From NCBI RefSeq assembly GCF_009914755.1, contig NC_060929.1: a DNA stretch of 64,000 nt. One strand, 5' to 3'. The DNA is from the human T2T-CHM13v2.0 reference genome, Homo sapiens. Both the position numbers and the translations under genes were made by a program. Positions 24,661 to 40,144 of this stretch are shown here, piece after piece; the stretch's first letter is position 1, and every line of letters begins with the position of its first letter. Below the pieces are notes generated by a model that worked only from the letters and a program-made list of their open reading frames with translations, had not been told where the DNA came from and did not search any database.

Positions 24661-25915
24661 AGGAGGCCCCTGACCCTGGCTTCTGAGAACTGCACACCCT
24701 TACAGCACACAGCTTTGCCATGGAGTGCCACTTACTTATATTACCCTTGCCAGCAGCTGTATCTGGGGGTAGTGGGTCTGATTCTGGAATCCCATACACC
24801 AATGAACTGCATAGAAGGACCCTGTGAGCACATTGCTCAAGAGGACGCTCTGATGTAGGCATTTTCCTCTCTGAGCACGTGGAAGGCCTGACACAGAGCT
24901 CCTGGTCTCACTGCCCAAGTCATGCCCTTACATCTCCCTGCACTTGGCACGTGGCTCTGCACTCCTCCCAGGGTGACTGGGTTCAGGATGATCACACACA
25001 GCAAAGAGAAGGTGCCTGTGACGTATGTTGCTGCTTGATATTCACTTCCTTCTGCAATCTGAGCTGTCACCATCTTTCCTTGCAGATGATGGAGCATGAG
25101 CCACTCTGAGGTTCAGCATCACTCACAAAGTCCCTGCATGTGCAATGGCAGAGTCCTTGTCTTGGTGAACTGTTCTGCTGTTCATCAATCTCTGTGACCT
25201 CAGGTGAGCTCCTGCCTCTGAGCCTCAGGCTTTCATTTATTAAATGTAGAAGCTGTACCCCATAGGGTTGTTGCCAGTGTCTCCCAAGTTGATGTACATT
25301 TCAGCACGGTGCCTAGTTGATGACGAGTCCTCTCTCAGTAAAGGAGGGTTGGCCATGGAAAGCTTCTCCCTATGCAGGTGCTTCTCCCTGTACAGGTGTG
25401 GCCAGGGACTGTGTTCACCTCACCATCTCAGGATGGTGCTGACCACCCCCAGCAACTGCCCCACTGAGCTCATTTCCAGCCCTCCACTGAGCCACAGCTA
25501 AGGACTAGCATGAGCACTTCGTGACTGTCTCTGAGCTACTTAAAATCCTGCAGACACCGGGTCTGGCTCTAACTCTGCTGCTGAGGACACTTGGGCAAAT
25601 CTCCCCACTGGTGTGGGCCTCAGTTTTGCCATCTTTAGAACCAAGCGTAGATCATCAGGTCTGAAAGAGACCAACCAGTCAAACACCAGCCTTTTGCAGA
25701 TGGGAAAACTGGCATTCAAAGAGGGAAGTGCTCACTACTAATACAAAGATAGTGAAGGAAATAGAATTCAGACCTCTTCCTGAACAGCTGATGCTTTAAA
25801 GGACTGGAGCTAATTTGAATATCTGCTACCATATACACATATGGTTTTTAACTGGCATTTTATAATTTTGATTTTTGCTGATATAATTATCCTGCATTGT
25901 TTAGGATTATTTTAA

Positions 25916-26249
<334 letters not shown>

Positions 26250-27586
26250 AAGCTCTCTTTTTATGGTAAGAAATCTACACAGATTGATGACGGGACATGT
26301 CCTTTCATGTGTAGGGTAGAAATCATGTTTATCTCTAGATGAGAAATATGCTATTAAAAATGTAGATTTGGAAGTAAATTCCCAAACCATTGTCAATTTT
26401 TATTCTTGAGGAAAATGAAAACATAGTAGTAAGAGCTTCTGTGGGATGGGAGTGGGTATGGGGGTGTTGGCTGCAAATGAGCCATGAGTGCTTCAGAGGG
26501 CCACCCTCACCCCAATCTCATGGGCCCCATGATGCCCCTCACCCCTCCCACTGCCTCTAGATAACTAATCCTACTCTCTGGCATCTGGAGACTGCCCGTG
26601 AGAGATTCACAGAGCCTGAAAACTCCAAAGCTCCTGCTGTAGGACCTATCCAAAAGGCCATCTTGTCAACCCCCCATTGGACAGAGGGTAGGGGTACTGA
26701 GAGGGGCCAGGTAGCAGGGGTTAAATGAGCACAATCAATGCTATTAGATGGTTGACTCCTTCCTCTGGGTCCTATCCTGGCACGGGGTGCCACTACTAAT
26801 CAGGCCCAGAAGCATCCAAAATTCTTAAGATAAATACCAAACTCTGGACCTCTGAAGTGATAGGGCAGACCCTCTGGAGAACCCGTTTCTCGGCTAACCT
26901 TCTGTGGGGCATCTGCCTGGCCTAGTCCACTGCAGAAACCTGGTTCCTGTTCAGAGATGTTCATTGCACTGAGTGTTGGGATGGGGCCAAGTGTCATGAG
27001 AGGCGAGGAAGAACTCAGTCAGCTAAATAATGTAATAATCCTACACATGTGGCAGTATATGCAAGTGACTTCCATTGCCACCACCTAAAGTAGCACAGAG
27101 GGCCTCCATTTCTCTTTTCTTTTTTTTCTGTCACATGTCTATCCCAGGGGCTTCCATTTTTCAAGTGAGAAATGCTAGAATGCCTTTGAGGTACTATCTA
27201 GAAGGTTCTGCTAGCAGATATCGCCTGTAACATTCAGGAGAACTTGGGGCTAAGACTCTCAAAATATTCTTAAGAAGACATGCAAAGAGCCAGGCTCAGG
27301 GACCAATGCCAGTTCTGGTGGAGGAAAGTTCCCTTTTAGCACATAGACAGCACACTGAGCTGTCTGAGCAATGGATACATAGTATGTCACCCCCAAAATA
27401 GCCCCAGCTTCTCCACTCCATGTTGACCAAGAGAGCTCCTTGGCTCTACCTGTAGGGCCCTGATGCCCTCCCTAGGTGGTGACAAAAGACAAGGAGACAC
27501 TTATCACTGACATTTGAACAGATGCCCATGAACATTAGTGAGATCAAAGGCTTACCTCTAGTCCTGAAAGCCAGCCTCCAGCCTGA

Positions 27587-27640
27587 AACCAGTGACATCA
27601 TCTCCTACAACTGCAACCAGTGACATCATCTCCTACAACT
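27587..27640. repeat. Tandem duplication, perfect 26-bp unit, period 28
   Basis: aaccagtgacatcatctcctacaact x2 separated by gc. Confidence 0.95.
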
Positions 27641-28590
27641 CGTTCCTTTTGCCAGGAAATACCTGTTTCTATGCTAACCTTGACTGCCAGGAAACATCTC
27701 ATTCCAGGTTCTCAGTACAGGACATTCTCCTCTTTGTCAAATCAGTTTCTTGCCTTTATAAACTTAATTTTACCTGCTCTGGTTTACATGTATTTTCCTC
27801 ATAAGTCTCCCATCTTTGCCTCATTGTTTTTTTTTTTTTAAATCTGCAGGGTGCCATGAAAAATGCCGGAATGTCCTACAATAGAAGTGTTTTGTTCAGG
27901 TGTCACAGAGTACTAGTAGCTGTGTGGTGAAATTAATAACAAACTGATCTACTTCTTAGGTCATTTTGACCTTTGAGTGAATTAAAACATAATTCACATA
28001 GAACAGTCTCTGGCACATAAGCGTTTACTGCCAGTCTTGTCAGAGTTTGACAATTTTAAAAGTTTTTTTTTTTTTTCCAGGGGGCCAGATTTTGATTTTC
28101 TTGATCCTCACTATTGCTTCTTTATTTTCTATTAAGGCACGCTCTTTTCTTTATTATTTTTAAAGTTTGAGATGAACTACTGGCTCTAATTTTCTAAAAT
28201 TATACTGAAGGCTATAACTTTTCCTCCAAGTATTGCTTTAGCAGCATCCTATATACTTGAATATGTAGTGAATTCATTATTGCTTGCTTCTAAACTTTCA
28301 GCGATTTCAGTTAGGACCTATTCTCTGATCCTTGAGTTATTTCAAAATATGTTTTTAAGTTTCCAAGTGTATGGGTTTGTAGTGGGCTTTTTATTAATTT
28401 ATGATTTTGGTGCAAATTAGTTAAGGAATATGGCCTATCAATTAGTTGGTATTTGTTAAAACTTGTTTTGTGGCCAAGAATGTGGCTAATTTTTGTATTG
28501 TGCATGCAAAGAATGTGTATTAGGTGTGGAGTTTTACATATAATGAATGGATTAATCTTATTAGTCATCATTTTCAAATATCCAGTTTTT

Positions 28591-28820
28591 ATTGAGTATA
28601 CACGGACACAAAGAAAGGAACAATAGACACCAGAGCCTACTTGAGGGTGGAGTTCAGATGAAAGGAGTGTAAGGACTGAAAAACAACTATCTTTACTATG
28701 CTGTTTACCTGGGTGACAAAATTATCTGTACACCAAAACCCTGCAACATGCAGTTTACCCACATAACAAACCTGCACATGTACCTCTGAACCTAAAATAA
28801 AAATTGGAAAGAAAAAAAAA
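28591..28820 (+). mobile_element. L1PA (old primate, PA13-16-like) 3' end
   Basis: 'ggacacaaagaaaggaacaatagacacc...acctgggtgacaaaattatctgtacaccaaa...aacctgcacatgtacctctgaacctaaaataaaa' plus A tail. Confidence 0.9.
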
Positions 28821-29072
28821 TTGTTTTTAATAAATTTTTGTTTGCTTGACATCATTTTATAAAAATATGTGTCACAATATCCCATTATTGTAGATTGTAA
28901 ATTTGTCGATGTTATTGTATAAGTTCCTAGGCTTTGCATTATGTCTGTTTAGGAGCTGTGTTAAGTGCATATAGGTTTATGATTATTATGTGTTCCCAGT
29001 GAATTGTTTCTTTTGTCACTGTGCAGTAAACCCAATAATGCTTTTGTGCCTTAAACAATACTTTGATATTAA

Positions 29073-29416
<344 letters not shown>

Positions 29417-31719
29417 TTAGCATATATTTTCAATTAATTTCATTTCAAATTTTGTGCCATTATATTTAGACATGATCTTTGTAAATAGCACATCCGTGTA
29501 TTTTAAAAATTCAATCTGAAAATTGCTATTGACTAACAGATAAATCCAATCCACTAAAACATATTACTGATATATTCAGTTTTTGCCAACTTAATTTGAG
29601 TATTTATTTAATATTATTTTTATTGCTATATATTATTACCACTTATGATGCCTTTACTTTGCTTCATTTTGTCTACTTCTCTGCTGTCTACTGAACTGCA
29701 ATCTACTGAGCTGTCTGAATGTTATTTATCCAACTCTTTTTTTCCAGACTCTTCTGTTAGAGGTTATATTCTATTTCTTTTCTTTTACAGGTTACCCTTA
29801 AATTTTCAATATACATTCTGACTTAACGCCTAAAGTTTTTTAAGGCCTAGTATCTTCTCAAATAACACAAGAAGCATAAAATTCTTTAGTACTGACCATC
29901 ATCACCATCTCTTGTTTCATATTTTAAATGACCCCAAATTAGTCATTTTATTATCAATGCTTTTCTTCAGTCAACACTTACTTATAATTATGCCTATGTT
30001 TTTGCCTATTCCCTTTCTCACTAGCAATTATTGTATTACATTATTTTCTTCTGGGGTCAATTGCCTTCCTCCTAAAGTATATATACCTTTAGTTCTTTCA
30101 GTAAGAGTTTATGTAACCTCTTCAGTAACCTCTTAAATCTTTATCAGAGAGTATCTTTGCCCTTCACTCTCAAACAGAATTCTAAGTTGACTATTTTACC
30201 TCATTGTTTAGAAGATATTATTCAATTGCCTTCTGGCTTCCATTGTTGCTAATGAAGTTTGCAATTAGAAATTGTTCCTTTGCAGAGAATCTTTTTTTCT
30301 TCTTTGGTCACTTTTTATCTTTGGTATTCTGCAGATCATTGTAACATAATTTGTATTTATACTGTTCATGATTTGGAGTGCTGCTTTTATCTAGGCATTT
30401 ATATCTTTAAAAAAATTTTGGAAAAGGTCTAGCTATTATCATTTCCAGTGTTTCTTCTCCCTCACTTCCTCTACGCTTTTCTTATAGACTACCCTACTTG
30501 TTCTTCAAAACTCTTAATAATATCTTTTAACAATATTTCTTAATATTTCAATATCTTAATATTTTCTCTTAATATCTGTTTTATATTTTCTATCTTTGTG
30601 TCTCTCTGAGCTCTTTCCTGAGTAATTTCAGAGCTATCTTCCTGTTCAACAATTCTCTCTTCAGCTGTACCTAATATGTTTTTAAATCATTTATTGTATT
30701 ATTAATTTAAATAATGTTAATTTCTAGAAATTCTACTTTTCCAAATTTGCTTGTTTTTCCCCTACAATTCCTTCTTTATAATTCTCTTCTTTTTATTATT
30801 CTAATAATTTCAAACATAGATTTTTAAATAGTTACTTTTACATTGTGTTTTATTACGTGAAGATTCTGAAGGAGCTAACCCCAGTGTGTGAGTCTGGGGT
30901 TAACTCTTCCCGATGGCAAATTAGTTCCTTATGATCTGCAATTTTATGTTGTAGGTTGAGATTTTCTTTTTCCCATAGGCATCCTGTATATTCTGGTGTG
31001 GAGATTGTCCTTTATAATGGGTTTGCATGTATTTCTCTAGGAGCTCTAGTGGTTTTACTGATCTGGGACCTATCTTTAAGTTTATTTCTAGGTTTAGAAT
31101 TTCTGTAACGTGTAAGTAGTGTAAATTCAATGTGGTTCAAAGTCTAGGCAGACCACAAGCTACTTGCCACATTCCTTGACCATTAGGTAAAATTTTCTTA
31201 GTCCCCATTTTCACAGAGAGGGCAGTCCTCCCAGGTCTCAGCCTTAAGTAGAATCCTTTCTGTATTGTGCAGGCCCAAAGTACACTTGCTGTCCTGGGAT
31301 GGAGATAAAAGCCTTTGCCACTAGCCCTGAGGTGGCCCGTGCTGGGTCTGACGCTGCCCCCTCAAACCTCAGGGTGCCATGACATTGGCTTGCTCACTCG
31401 TCACTGCCTTTGAGAGTGGTTTGTTCATTTTTGTACCTAGAAATTTCTCTAACCTTCAAGTCCAGTCATATATTTAGAAAAATAAACATTTTCCCCAGTA
31501 ATATTTTATTTTCTATATGTTTGGATTGAGGAGAATGGAGGGGTCCAGGGTCAACTCAGATCGTCCTTCTGCCGGATATTGAACCTTCTAGCCCCTTTCT
31601 TCAATATTTATTTTCTTCTGAGACAGAAACCAGCCCCCAGCCAATCACTGCTTCAGACTACACAAGGTTATGAGAAAGAAATCCCAATAGTGAATTACAG
31701 AGCTTCAGCATGTGTAAAA

Positions 31720-31860
31720 ACAATAGCATATTTACTATGTGTCAGAAACTGTTTTAAGCACTTTAGCCATACTAAGATATCTGGTTCCTATGACAGCCCT
31801 GTGAGGTAGGTATTATTATCCATTTTACAGTTATGGATACTGAGGAACAGAGAAGTTAAA
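31720..31860 (-). mobile_element. MIR
   Basis: 'ccctgtgaggtaggtattattatccattttacag...actgaggaacagagaagttaa'. Confidence 0.82.
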
Positions 31861-34800
31861 CACACCTACTGCGTGCTTAATAACATGTAAACCACAGCAG
31901 AAAGAAAAAAGAAAAGGAAGAGATTTCCACTTCCCCTGGAATCTGGGATGATAGAGGACTTCATGTGTGATGGTTTTGCAACTTTTACCTGCCACTGGGG
32001 CCTTAACACTATGTTATCCTGCCTAAGATGATACTTGTGATATCTTTTTTTTTTTTTTTTACAACACTGTGTTGTATGAATGTGTAATTTAATTTCCTTA
32101 AAAGCTTTCCAAGTCTAGCATCACACAGGAGTGAGCTCACTGAATCACTGGTGTTGTTACTAATGTCCCCAGCAGACATTAACACAAACGGAGTCCTGCG
32201 CTGAAAGCACATTTTCAGGCATTTTTGGATATCCTGCCACCACAGAATACACTGAGAGGCAGTAATTTTTGAAGATAAAATGTTCAACAACTGCGTCTTT
32301 TGACCTTCTGGGATTCCTATCATAGGTTTTGATCAACTTAGTCTGAATTCCATGGGGCTAAACTGTATGTGAGAAAATGTGAAATCCTGATATCCCTTTG
32401 AAGAGTATGACCTGGTTTATGTGCACATTTATTTCAATATGACATTTAACAGAAGAGGGCCTGTGGCCCGGGTGTGCTGAGGAAACCCCGCTCCTGAGAC
32501 TCTCACCTTGAGCACATCCCTCTGGCACACAGAGGGGCACCGGCTTGCATTTTAAGGCATCTTATGCAAATGTTTTTATCAACATGGAAAGTGAACTGTG
32601 TGTTTTCCTTCCTCTCAATCCTGGAACTGTAGGTTACGTTTAGTAAATATTTTGACTGGTGAGGCTGTAAACAACTGTCTCCATTCTGAGGCAGAAAAGC
32701 AAACATATCCATGTTGAATCAACAAAGCGGATGGGATGTCTCATGTCTTGTCCCATAGCATCCTGACAGGAATCCATCCGGGGAAACGAGCAGCCAGAAA
32801 CATTTGTGAGAAGGATCCACACACATGCTAGCCCACTTACACACCGGTTGGGAATGAGGGATTGTAGCCAGTATGAGAGATGGGAGAATCGTGCTATTAA
32901 TGAGCAAGGCCAAAACTCGACCAGGCCTCTGCGGGGAAGGGCTGGGTGGATAAGTGGGTAACTCTGAGCTCAGAGAAACTCTGCAACTCATCTCCAGGCC
33001 ACTCACTGTGATTGCTGGAGAAAGGAGCAAGGATCCCACGATGTGGCAGGCACACCCAGGAGGCAGCTGTTCTAACAGTGGAAGAAGTAAGTGCCACAAA
33101 TCATTCTCTAAAATTGGTTCATTTGCGGACATCTCTAAGGGGATGAGCGATAATCCAAATAACTGAGCTTAAGGCCTTTACATGACAAAATATGTTTTAT
33201 TCTAAGTGTAAATATTTTGGATGGAGTTCCTGCTCTGGGGTATAACACACTTCCACACCTTCTACAAAGAGAGAACTGAAAAGTCTCTGGAGCTTGATGG
33301 GGAAGTTAGGATCATCACAGTGAACAGCAATGATGAGCCCATGCTCTGCTCCGGGGACCACTCCGGGGCCTAACGAGAAATTAGAGGGAGGTTTGAGGCA
33401 ACCTTGTGTAAACTAGTGGCCTTCTGTCCACTTTTTCAATTTGCATTTGGGTGGCCACCTGTCCCCTGCACTGTGACCAAAATCTGTCTCTGAGAGCTCC
33501 TTTCCTGCATCTAAATGTCCATAGGCCATGAAATCAGATGATCAAGGTGGTTAGAATTATGTTTAAAGCAGGAGACACTAGGCTGTGAGGACATCAAGTG
33601 GGGTTCCTCCACTGAAGTAAGTAAGAGCATAAACGCAGGGACAGTGGCCTCAGCATGGGTAGCTTAGGGGTCTTTGGGGCTCCTGCTGGGTTTGAGGATG
33701 TTCAGAGGCAGAGGAGGGCAGATGTGTTGTGCTGCAGCTCTGCCGCTGGGAGCAGAAGGACCAATGCCACCTGCAGCACATAACCTGAGATTCCATCCTC
33801 CGATCGTTCACTTCTGACTATGCCACTACACTCCACAGCATGTGCTCTGACATCCAAGCCCACCTACACCCAATTCCTTTAAGTAGAATGTATGCAACTC
33901 TGTAAAATAAAGCAGGGAGATGTAGCAAATGCTCTGTAGGTATGGAAACAGTCAAACAAACAAAGAAAGCAATCTTGTAGATAAAAATGCAGGGTGCTTT
34001 CCAAGATGTTAACTTGGAAGAGAAGAAACTGCCCAATTCCGTGGTCTGACACTCAGCTCTCTCTCTCTCATGCTAACCCCCTTCAGAGGGCAGGTGTGCA
34101 GACATCTAAGATTTAAGACAAAAAAACCACAGTTGACTTAGCCTCTCCACTAAACCTGGCCACATGGCCCTCCCACCAAAGGAATCAGGGAGCCCTGGGA
34201 CCTGTGTTGTAGGCAAAGATCTGCATTCATGGCATGAGGCTTTGAATCAACCCAGGACCAGGAGAGGAGGCTCCTGCATTCCCTGACGTGGTATCTCTGG
34301 CCACAATACCCTCGCAGATGCCCCATGATGAATGTCATGGGAGGCTCCATAGGAAATGCGGACACGAGGACAGTGAGGGAGGTGATCCTGGCCTGCTCTT
34401 CCCCTGCCTTTGCCCCATTCTGAGACTGGGGCTGTCCCAGGAGGGAGGTTCTAAGGGACGCTCAAACCACTTGCAACCAGGCTGCACTGCCAGTCTTTCC
34501 CCACCAAGCCATCGTAAGCCACTGTCCCGCCCTCTCCCACTCAGCAGCTAGTCTTGCTCTTGTCCTCCCTGTACGTCCAGTTGGACTGCCCAAAGCCCTG
34601 ACTCCCCCTTACTGCCTCCCGCCCATCTTCTGGTCTTAGCCAGCCCCACCCCAATCCTCTTCCCTCACTTGTCCCCTAGGGGTACCTGGGCTCCCCAAGA
34701 GCCTCTGCCCACCTCAGCCCAGGGTCTGCTGTTCCTTCATGGGTGCCGTGCTATAAACATACTTATACTGACAAAGAAACCAGAAATCTCTTCCCCTGGG

Positions 34801-34924
34801 CCCATCCTCACTGGCACTGCCCACGGTGCCCAGCTCTGAAGCAATGGGTCTACCACAGCATTAGCTGAGACCCCCACTTCCACATGAAGAAGGAGCCTTC
34901 CCTGGAGGGAGCAGGTCACTGAGC

Positions 34925-35132
34925 TCTAGGCTCAGGCACATCTGAGTTCCAATCCTGGTTCTGTCACTCAGGTGGCTGTGTGACCTTGAGATGGTCACCT
35001 TCCTTGAGTTTCCTCTCCCGATGGAAGAAGATGGATAATAAAGCCTATCTCATAGAGGGGTTGGGGAAATCAGAATAATATACATAGAGCACTGCTGAAC
35101 ACATAGTGCATGCTCAGTAAGTGGTAGCCATA
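34925..35132 (+). mobile_element. MIR
   Basis: 'ctgagttccaatcctggttctgtcactcaggtggctgtgtgaccttg...acatagtgcatgctcagtaagtggtagc'. Confidence 0.75.
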
Positions 35133-36129
35133 GCTGCTGAGAGTATTTTTGCTGTTGTTTGCCTGAGGGGCAGGAGAAGCCTCTGCATCCCCTTCAGCCC
35201 AAGCTCAGGCAGCTCCTGAGGCTTGTTCCTTATCCTCACTCATCAGGCCTCTTTCTGGGACATCAGATCCTGAATCTGTGGGGGTCACGCAGGCAGACAG
35301 GGGTACTGGGGCTGAAACCCTCTGACCTGGCACTGGGGGACTGGAGTCTATGATGCATAGACATCCATCTCTGATAAACTTAGAATATGATTCAGACCCA
35401 GATGCATGAACTTGCTGCTTCCAGAGAAGCCCTGCCTACATTTTCCCCCTTGCTCTTTAAATGGCAAGCATAATAGAACACGGTTATACAACTAAAAAGA
35501 AAAATGTTTTCTAAGTAGGAGATGCTCTCAAGAAAGACCAGATTTAGGTGAAGGTTTACAGAAAGGAAATTCGCATGAAAGATTTTATCTAGAAGGTGCT
35601 TCTGCTGAACGCATACTAAGTGGTCAGAAGGGTTTCTGAAGGCCCAGCTCTGTGCACTGGGCTTGTCTGTGACTTGCGGGGTCTGTCTCCATGCATGGCA
35701 CCCAGCCTACACACTGGTGGCACTGAGGGGCAGCTGGAGAGAGGGAAGCCTCTGCTATCCCATAATATTCTTTAGCACCCCCCCAATAAATACATACTGG
35801 GAGTTGGAGCAGTGGGTGTACTGTGCAAATGAGACTTCCAGATAAATCCTCAGGTGCCTCACCGCACGGTGACTGCCTCTCCAAGCTCTTCTCCTTAGAG
35901 CTTCCAGAGCTGCTGTTGGGGCTAATCCCACATTCTCTCATCTCTGTCTTCAGTGAAATAATGTTTGAGAAAGTTTCCTCTCCCCAAGACTCATTATTCA
36001 TGGTCTTGCTTACTAAGAATTGCAACACAGAGGTGGATAGAAGCCAGGATTATTATTACAGACTCTATACATCTATACATTATTGATACGTCTATACATT
36101 TAAAGTTATCCTTTAAAAAATAATAGATC

Positions 36130-36427
<298 letters not shown>

Positions 36428-36688
36428 TCATGCCTTTTAAGCCCTTTCCAACTTTCCAGAGTACTTTTCAGTTCTCATAAGTGACCATATTCTCCCCTCC
36501 CTACATATTCAATCCACACCAACTCACTCACTTTTTATTGAGCACCTGCTGGGGCCTGTCTTCTGTGAGGTCTGTTTTAGCAGAACTAGAGATGGGAGTA
36601 GGAACAGACACAGACCCTTGTCCTCAGGGAGGCTCTTGGGAATCAATGCCTGGAATCCCAAAGGCCACCATGTTTTCATCAGCAACAA

Positions 36689-36691
<3 letters not shown>

Positions 36692-36720
<29 letters not shown>
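36692..36720. repeat. (AC)14 microsatellite
   Basis: Perfect dinucleotide run. Confidence 0.97.
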
Positions 36721-36721
<1 letters not shown>

Positions 36722-37062
36722 TGCACTCGCAGGTAATTTTCTAAATATGTAACAACGGATATAGCATGAGCAGTGACCAATCAGAATGAATCCAAGTCAT
36801 ATATGCCCAGTTCGACCACACAGTTGCAGACTGAGTGAATAACAATTCTTCTCATGACCATGTTTCAAAAACTACACACAGGAGATCTGCAAAGCAGCTT
36901 TCACGCCATCCCTGTCTAATGTCCTGGGATGGCTGGTTTAGCTCAAATCTCTGGAGGGATCTGACCATTTGAACAGAGCCCTCTCATGGCTACACACATC
37001 ACTGGGTCCTGGAAGTGCCTGGGAGATGTGGTAGGATTCCCCTAGTAAGTAACACAAGGGGA

Positions 37063-37064
<2 letters not shown>

Positions 37065-37115
<51 letters not shown>
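37065..37115. repeat. (AC)25 microsatellite
   Basis: Perfect dinucleotide run. Confidence 0.97.
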
Positions 37116-37119
<4 letters not shown>

Positions 37120-39432
37120 GTGTGAGTGTGGATCTAAGCAAAAGTCAGACATCTATGAATCTGTGATCCGGGCTCTGAGGGTGGCGCGTCTAGTATCAGC
37201 TTGCACAAATTGGAATTACCAACTGCTTCCCCAAATCCAAACCCAAGAATCAACCTCCTAGGTTGCAGTTCAGCTGAAATGTGCTGTTCATAACAGTGAC
37301 AACTCATATTTGCTTCAGTGAAGCACACTCTTACATGATTTTCAATTCCTTCTGTGACTGAGCACAGGCTCAACTGATTAATCCTGTGCTGGGGATTTGG
37401 GGCCTCTGACATGCTGCCAAGGCCATGCCACCCAAGCCTCTCTCTCATCCCTTTGAAGTCCTTGAGGCAGCAATGATCTCTACCCATCTCTACCTCCGAC
37501 AGTACACATTTTAGCTTTATTATGAGATCCTGGAAAGGTAGAGCCTAAATCCTGCCATGTCATATTTTGCTTGACATTCATTTATTCGATCAACCAATAT
37601 GTATTTAATGGCCCGCTCTGAGCACTCTCATCTTTACCACTAGACCAGACGGGCTGCAAACCATGCCGCATATTTCCTTTTTATCACCTCTCATGGGCCA
37701 GGAAAAGGCTGGGGATGTATAGGGCGCTTCATAAACACTTAGAGCATTGAATCAATATTTGCTCTGCTACAGGAGTAGAGCAGGAGTTCTAAGAGCATGT
37801 CCTGGGCCCCATTTCAAGTTGAAGGCTTACGTTGAGTCTTTTTATTGCCTGGGCCTGGCTCACCATCCTCCTCTTCCCTGAAGTCTTTACACTTTCATTT
37901 CTGTGAACTCATCTGATCCTTGAGTGTCCCTGGAAGAGAAACTGAGCTTTCATTTTGCAGACAAAGAAAGTAGTTAGCTGATTTGTCCCTGGTTTTGTAC
38001 GCCAACGACCCTTAGCATTGAGACTGGAGCTCATGCTTACTGAACTCTGAACTTGGGCCTGTCACCCTGCCTGACTCTGCCTTTGAACAAAAGGTAATGA
38101 GATCTAAGGTATCGGTTCAATTCCTTCCTCAGAAGGAACGCCTCATCATCCTTTCTTCACAGAATGCCCCACAACACAAAGCTTTGGTTTCCATGGGTCC
38201 TGTTAGACCAGATATGCCTGGAACTTTACCTCGGCAACAATAAGACCCAGCCTCCTGACTCTAGGGGTGTCATGTCATCTTGGGGGTACAAAAATCAACA
38301 CACATACCCACAAAATAATGAAGGTGTTAATTTTCCAAGCTTGCACTCTCAGGCTATTTTACAAAATAGTCATGTCAAAAAAAATTAAACTGATTAACAT
38401 ATTAACCTTTGAGAATGTAAAAGCTGATAAAATAGCCAAACCTATTTCCAAAAAAGATTTCCTATGACTAATTCTACCTCTAACCTTTCTGGATAGAGTA
38501 GATGATCATATAATAATTTAGCACAATTAAATTCTCCAAAGGAAATTGCCCAGAAGAGAACAAACTGGACACACAGTGGGAAGCCATTCAGTTTTCAACA
38601 CTCTTGTAAAGCACAGAAACTGACAAGACTCCTGTTTGCTTCATGAAAAAAAAAAAAGTCATCTGCTTTAACTTTTGAATTTGCTTGACATCTGGAGGAA
38701 GGGGAGATAAAAGGGAGACTCTAAGTGCCGTGCAATTTTAGCCAGTTGCAGATGGAACATGGCTATCACTCATGGTGGGAAATGTGCTTCTGGGGAAGAT
38801 GAAAAGAGAGGGCAGATCACAAGGTGGCCATAGAGATGACTCCAGCCTGAGCCTGAGTGTGCTAAAGAGTGAGGTACAGCAGACGGCTGGGGAAAGGAAG
38901 ACATCTTCCAACCAAAACCATGTGAGAGAAAATGCAGAGCAATTTGTTATATGCCTTACAATTTTAAGAAAAAAAAAAATAAAAAGCAAAAGCAAACTTT
39001 CCTTTGCTGGGGATTGGAGCACAAAATTGGTCATGTTTGAAGGATGGAAGAGTTCTTCATTTTCACTGTGTCTTGTACCAAATATCGTAATCAGCTCAGG
39101 CACTGAGTTTCTAGGAGTCTGTCCCTCTGGAAGGAGAACAGTGCAGTCCATGAGAAAGTCCTGTTTGTTAGGCAGACAATACTCAAAACTGGAGGAAGGA
39201 GGAACAGGTATAAACTGAGGTCATTCAAGGAGGCACCATGGATGACATGGGATCTATTTTTAGGTAAGTCAGCAGATGAGACAATTATTTAAAGGGCACC
39301 TTTGAAGACTATGGTAGGCAGAATTCTAAAAATGCCTCCTCACCACCCAATATTCCATGCCGTAACCCCTGGGACCAATGAATATGATGAAGTACCATTC
39401 ATGTGATTATGTTCTATTTTGTTACATGGCAC

Positions 39433-39901
39433 TGTTATGGGTTGAATTGGGTCCTTCAAAAAGGTATGTTGAAGTCCTAACTTCCAGTGCCTGTGAATAG
39501 GACTTTATTTGGAAATAAGGTCTTTGCAGATATAATCAAGTAAAGATGAGGCCATTGGTGTGGGCCCTAATCCAACATGATTACTGTCCTTATAAGAAGT
39601 GATAAGTTTGGACACAGACACCACAGAGAGGAGAATGCAGACACACAGGGAAGAGACCATGTGAAGACAGAGGCAGAGATGGGAATGATGCTGCCATAAG
39701 GCAAGGGACACCTGGGGCTTCCAGAAGCTGGAAGGGGCAGGAAGGCCTCCTTTCTTAGAGGCTTTGGAGGGAGCACAGCCCTGAGGACACTTTGATTTTA
39801 GACCACTAGCCTCCAGAACTGTGAGAGAATAAGTCATTCCCAATGCTTTAAGCCACCCATTTTGTGGTACTTTGTTACAGCAGCCCTAGGAGACTAACAC
39901 A
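39433..39901 (+). mobile_element. MLT1C solo LTR nested in MLT1E
   Basis: 'tgttatgggttgaattg...ccagaagctggaaggggcaggaagg...gcagccctaggagactaacaca'; perfect TSD GGCAC. Confidence 0.9.
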
Positions 39902-40144
39902 GGCACGGGTGATGCAAAGACAGAAAGGTTATCCAGGTAGGACTGATAGAATGACACAAGCCCTTCAAGCAGAGAGCTTTGTCTGGCTGGTGGCAGAGGA
40001 GAAGTCAAAGGGAATCAAATCCTGACAAGGATCTAACATGCCACTGCCAATTTGAAGATGGAGAGCCACACGGGAAGGGAAGAATGCAGGTGACTTTTAG
40101 GAGCAGAGAGCATCCCCTAGCTAATAGTCAGCAAAGAAAGCAGG

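Noticed and set aside
24266-24862. Longest ORF (198 aa, minus strand)
   Set aside because: Runs through a MIR fragment, has no recognisable domain, and shows the Cys/Ser/Leu composition typical of non-coding translation.
28311-28577. ORF with L1 endonuclease-like HILGHK motif
   Set aside because: Dead L1 relic with a short, frameshifted match; annotated as mobile element, not CDS.
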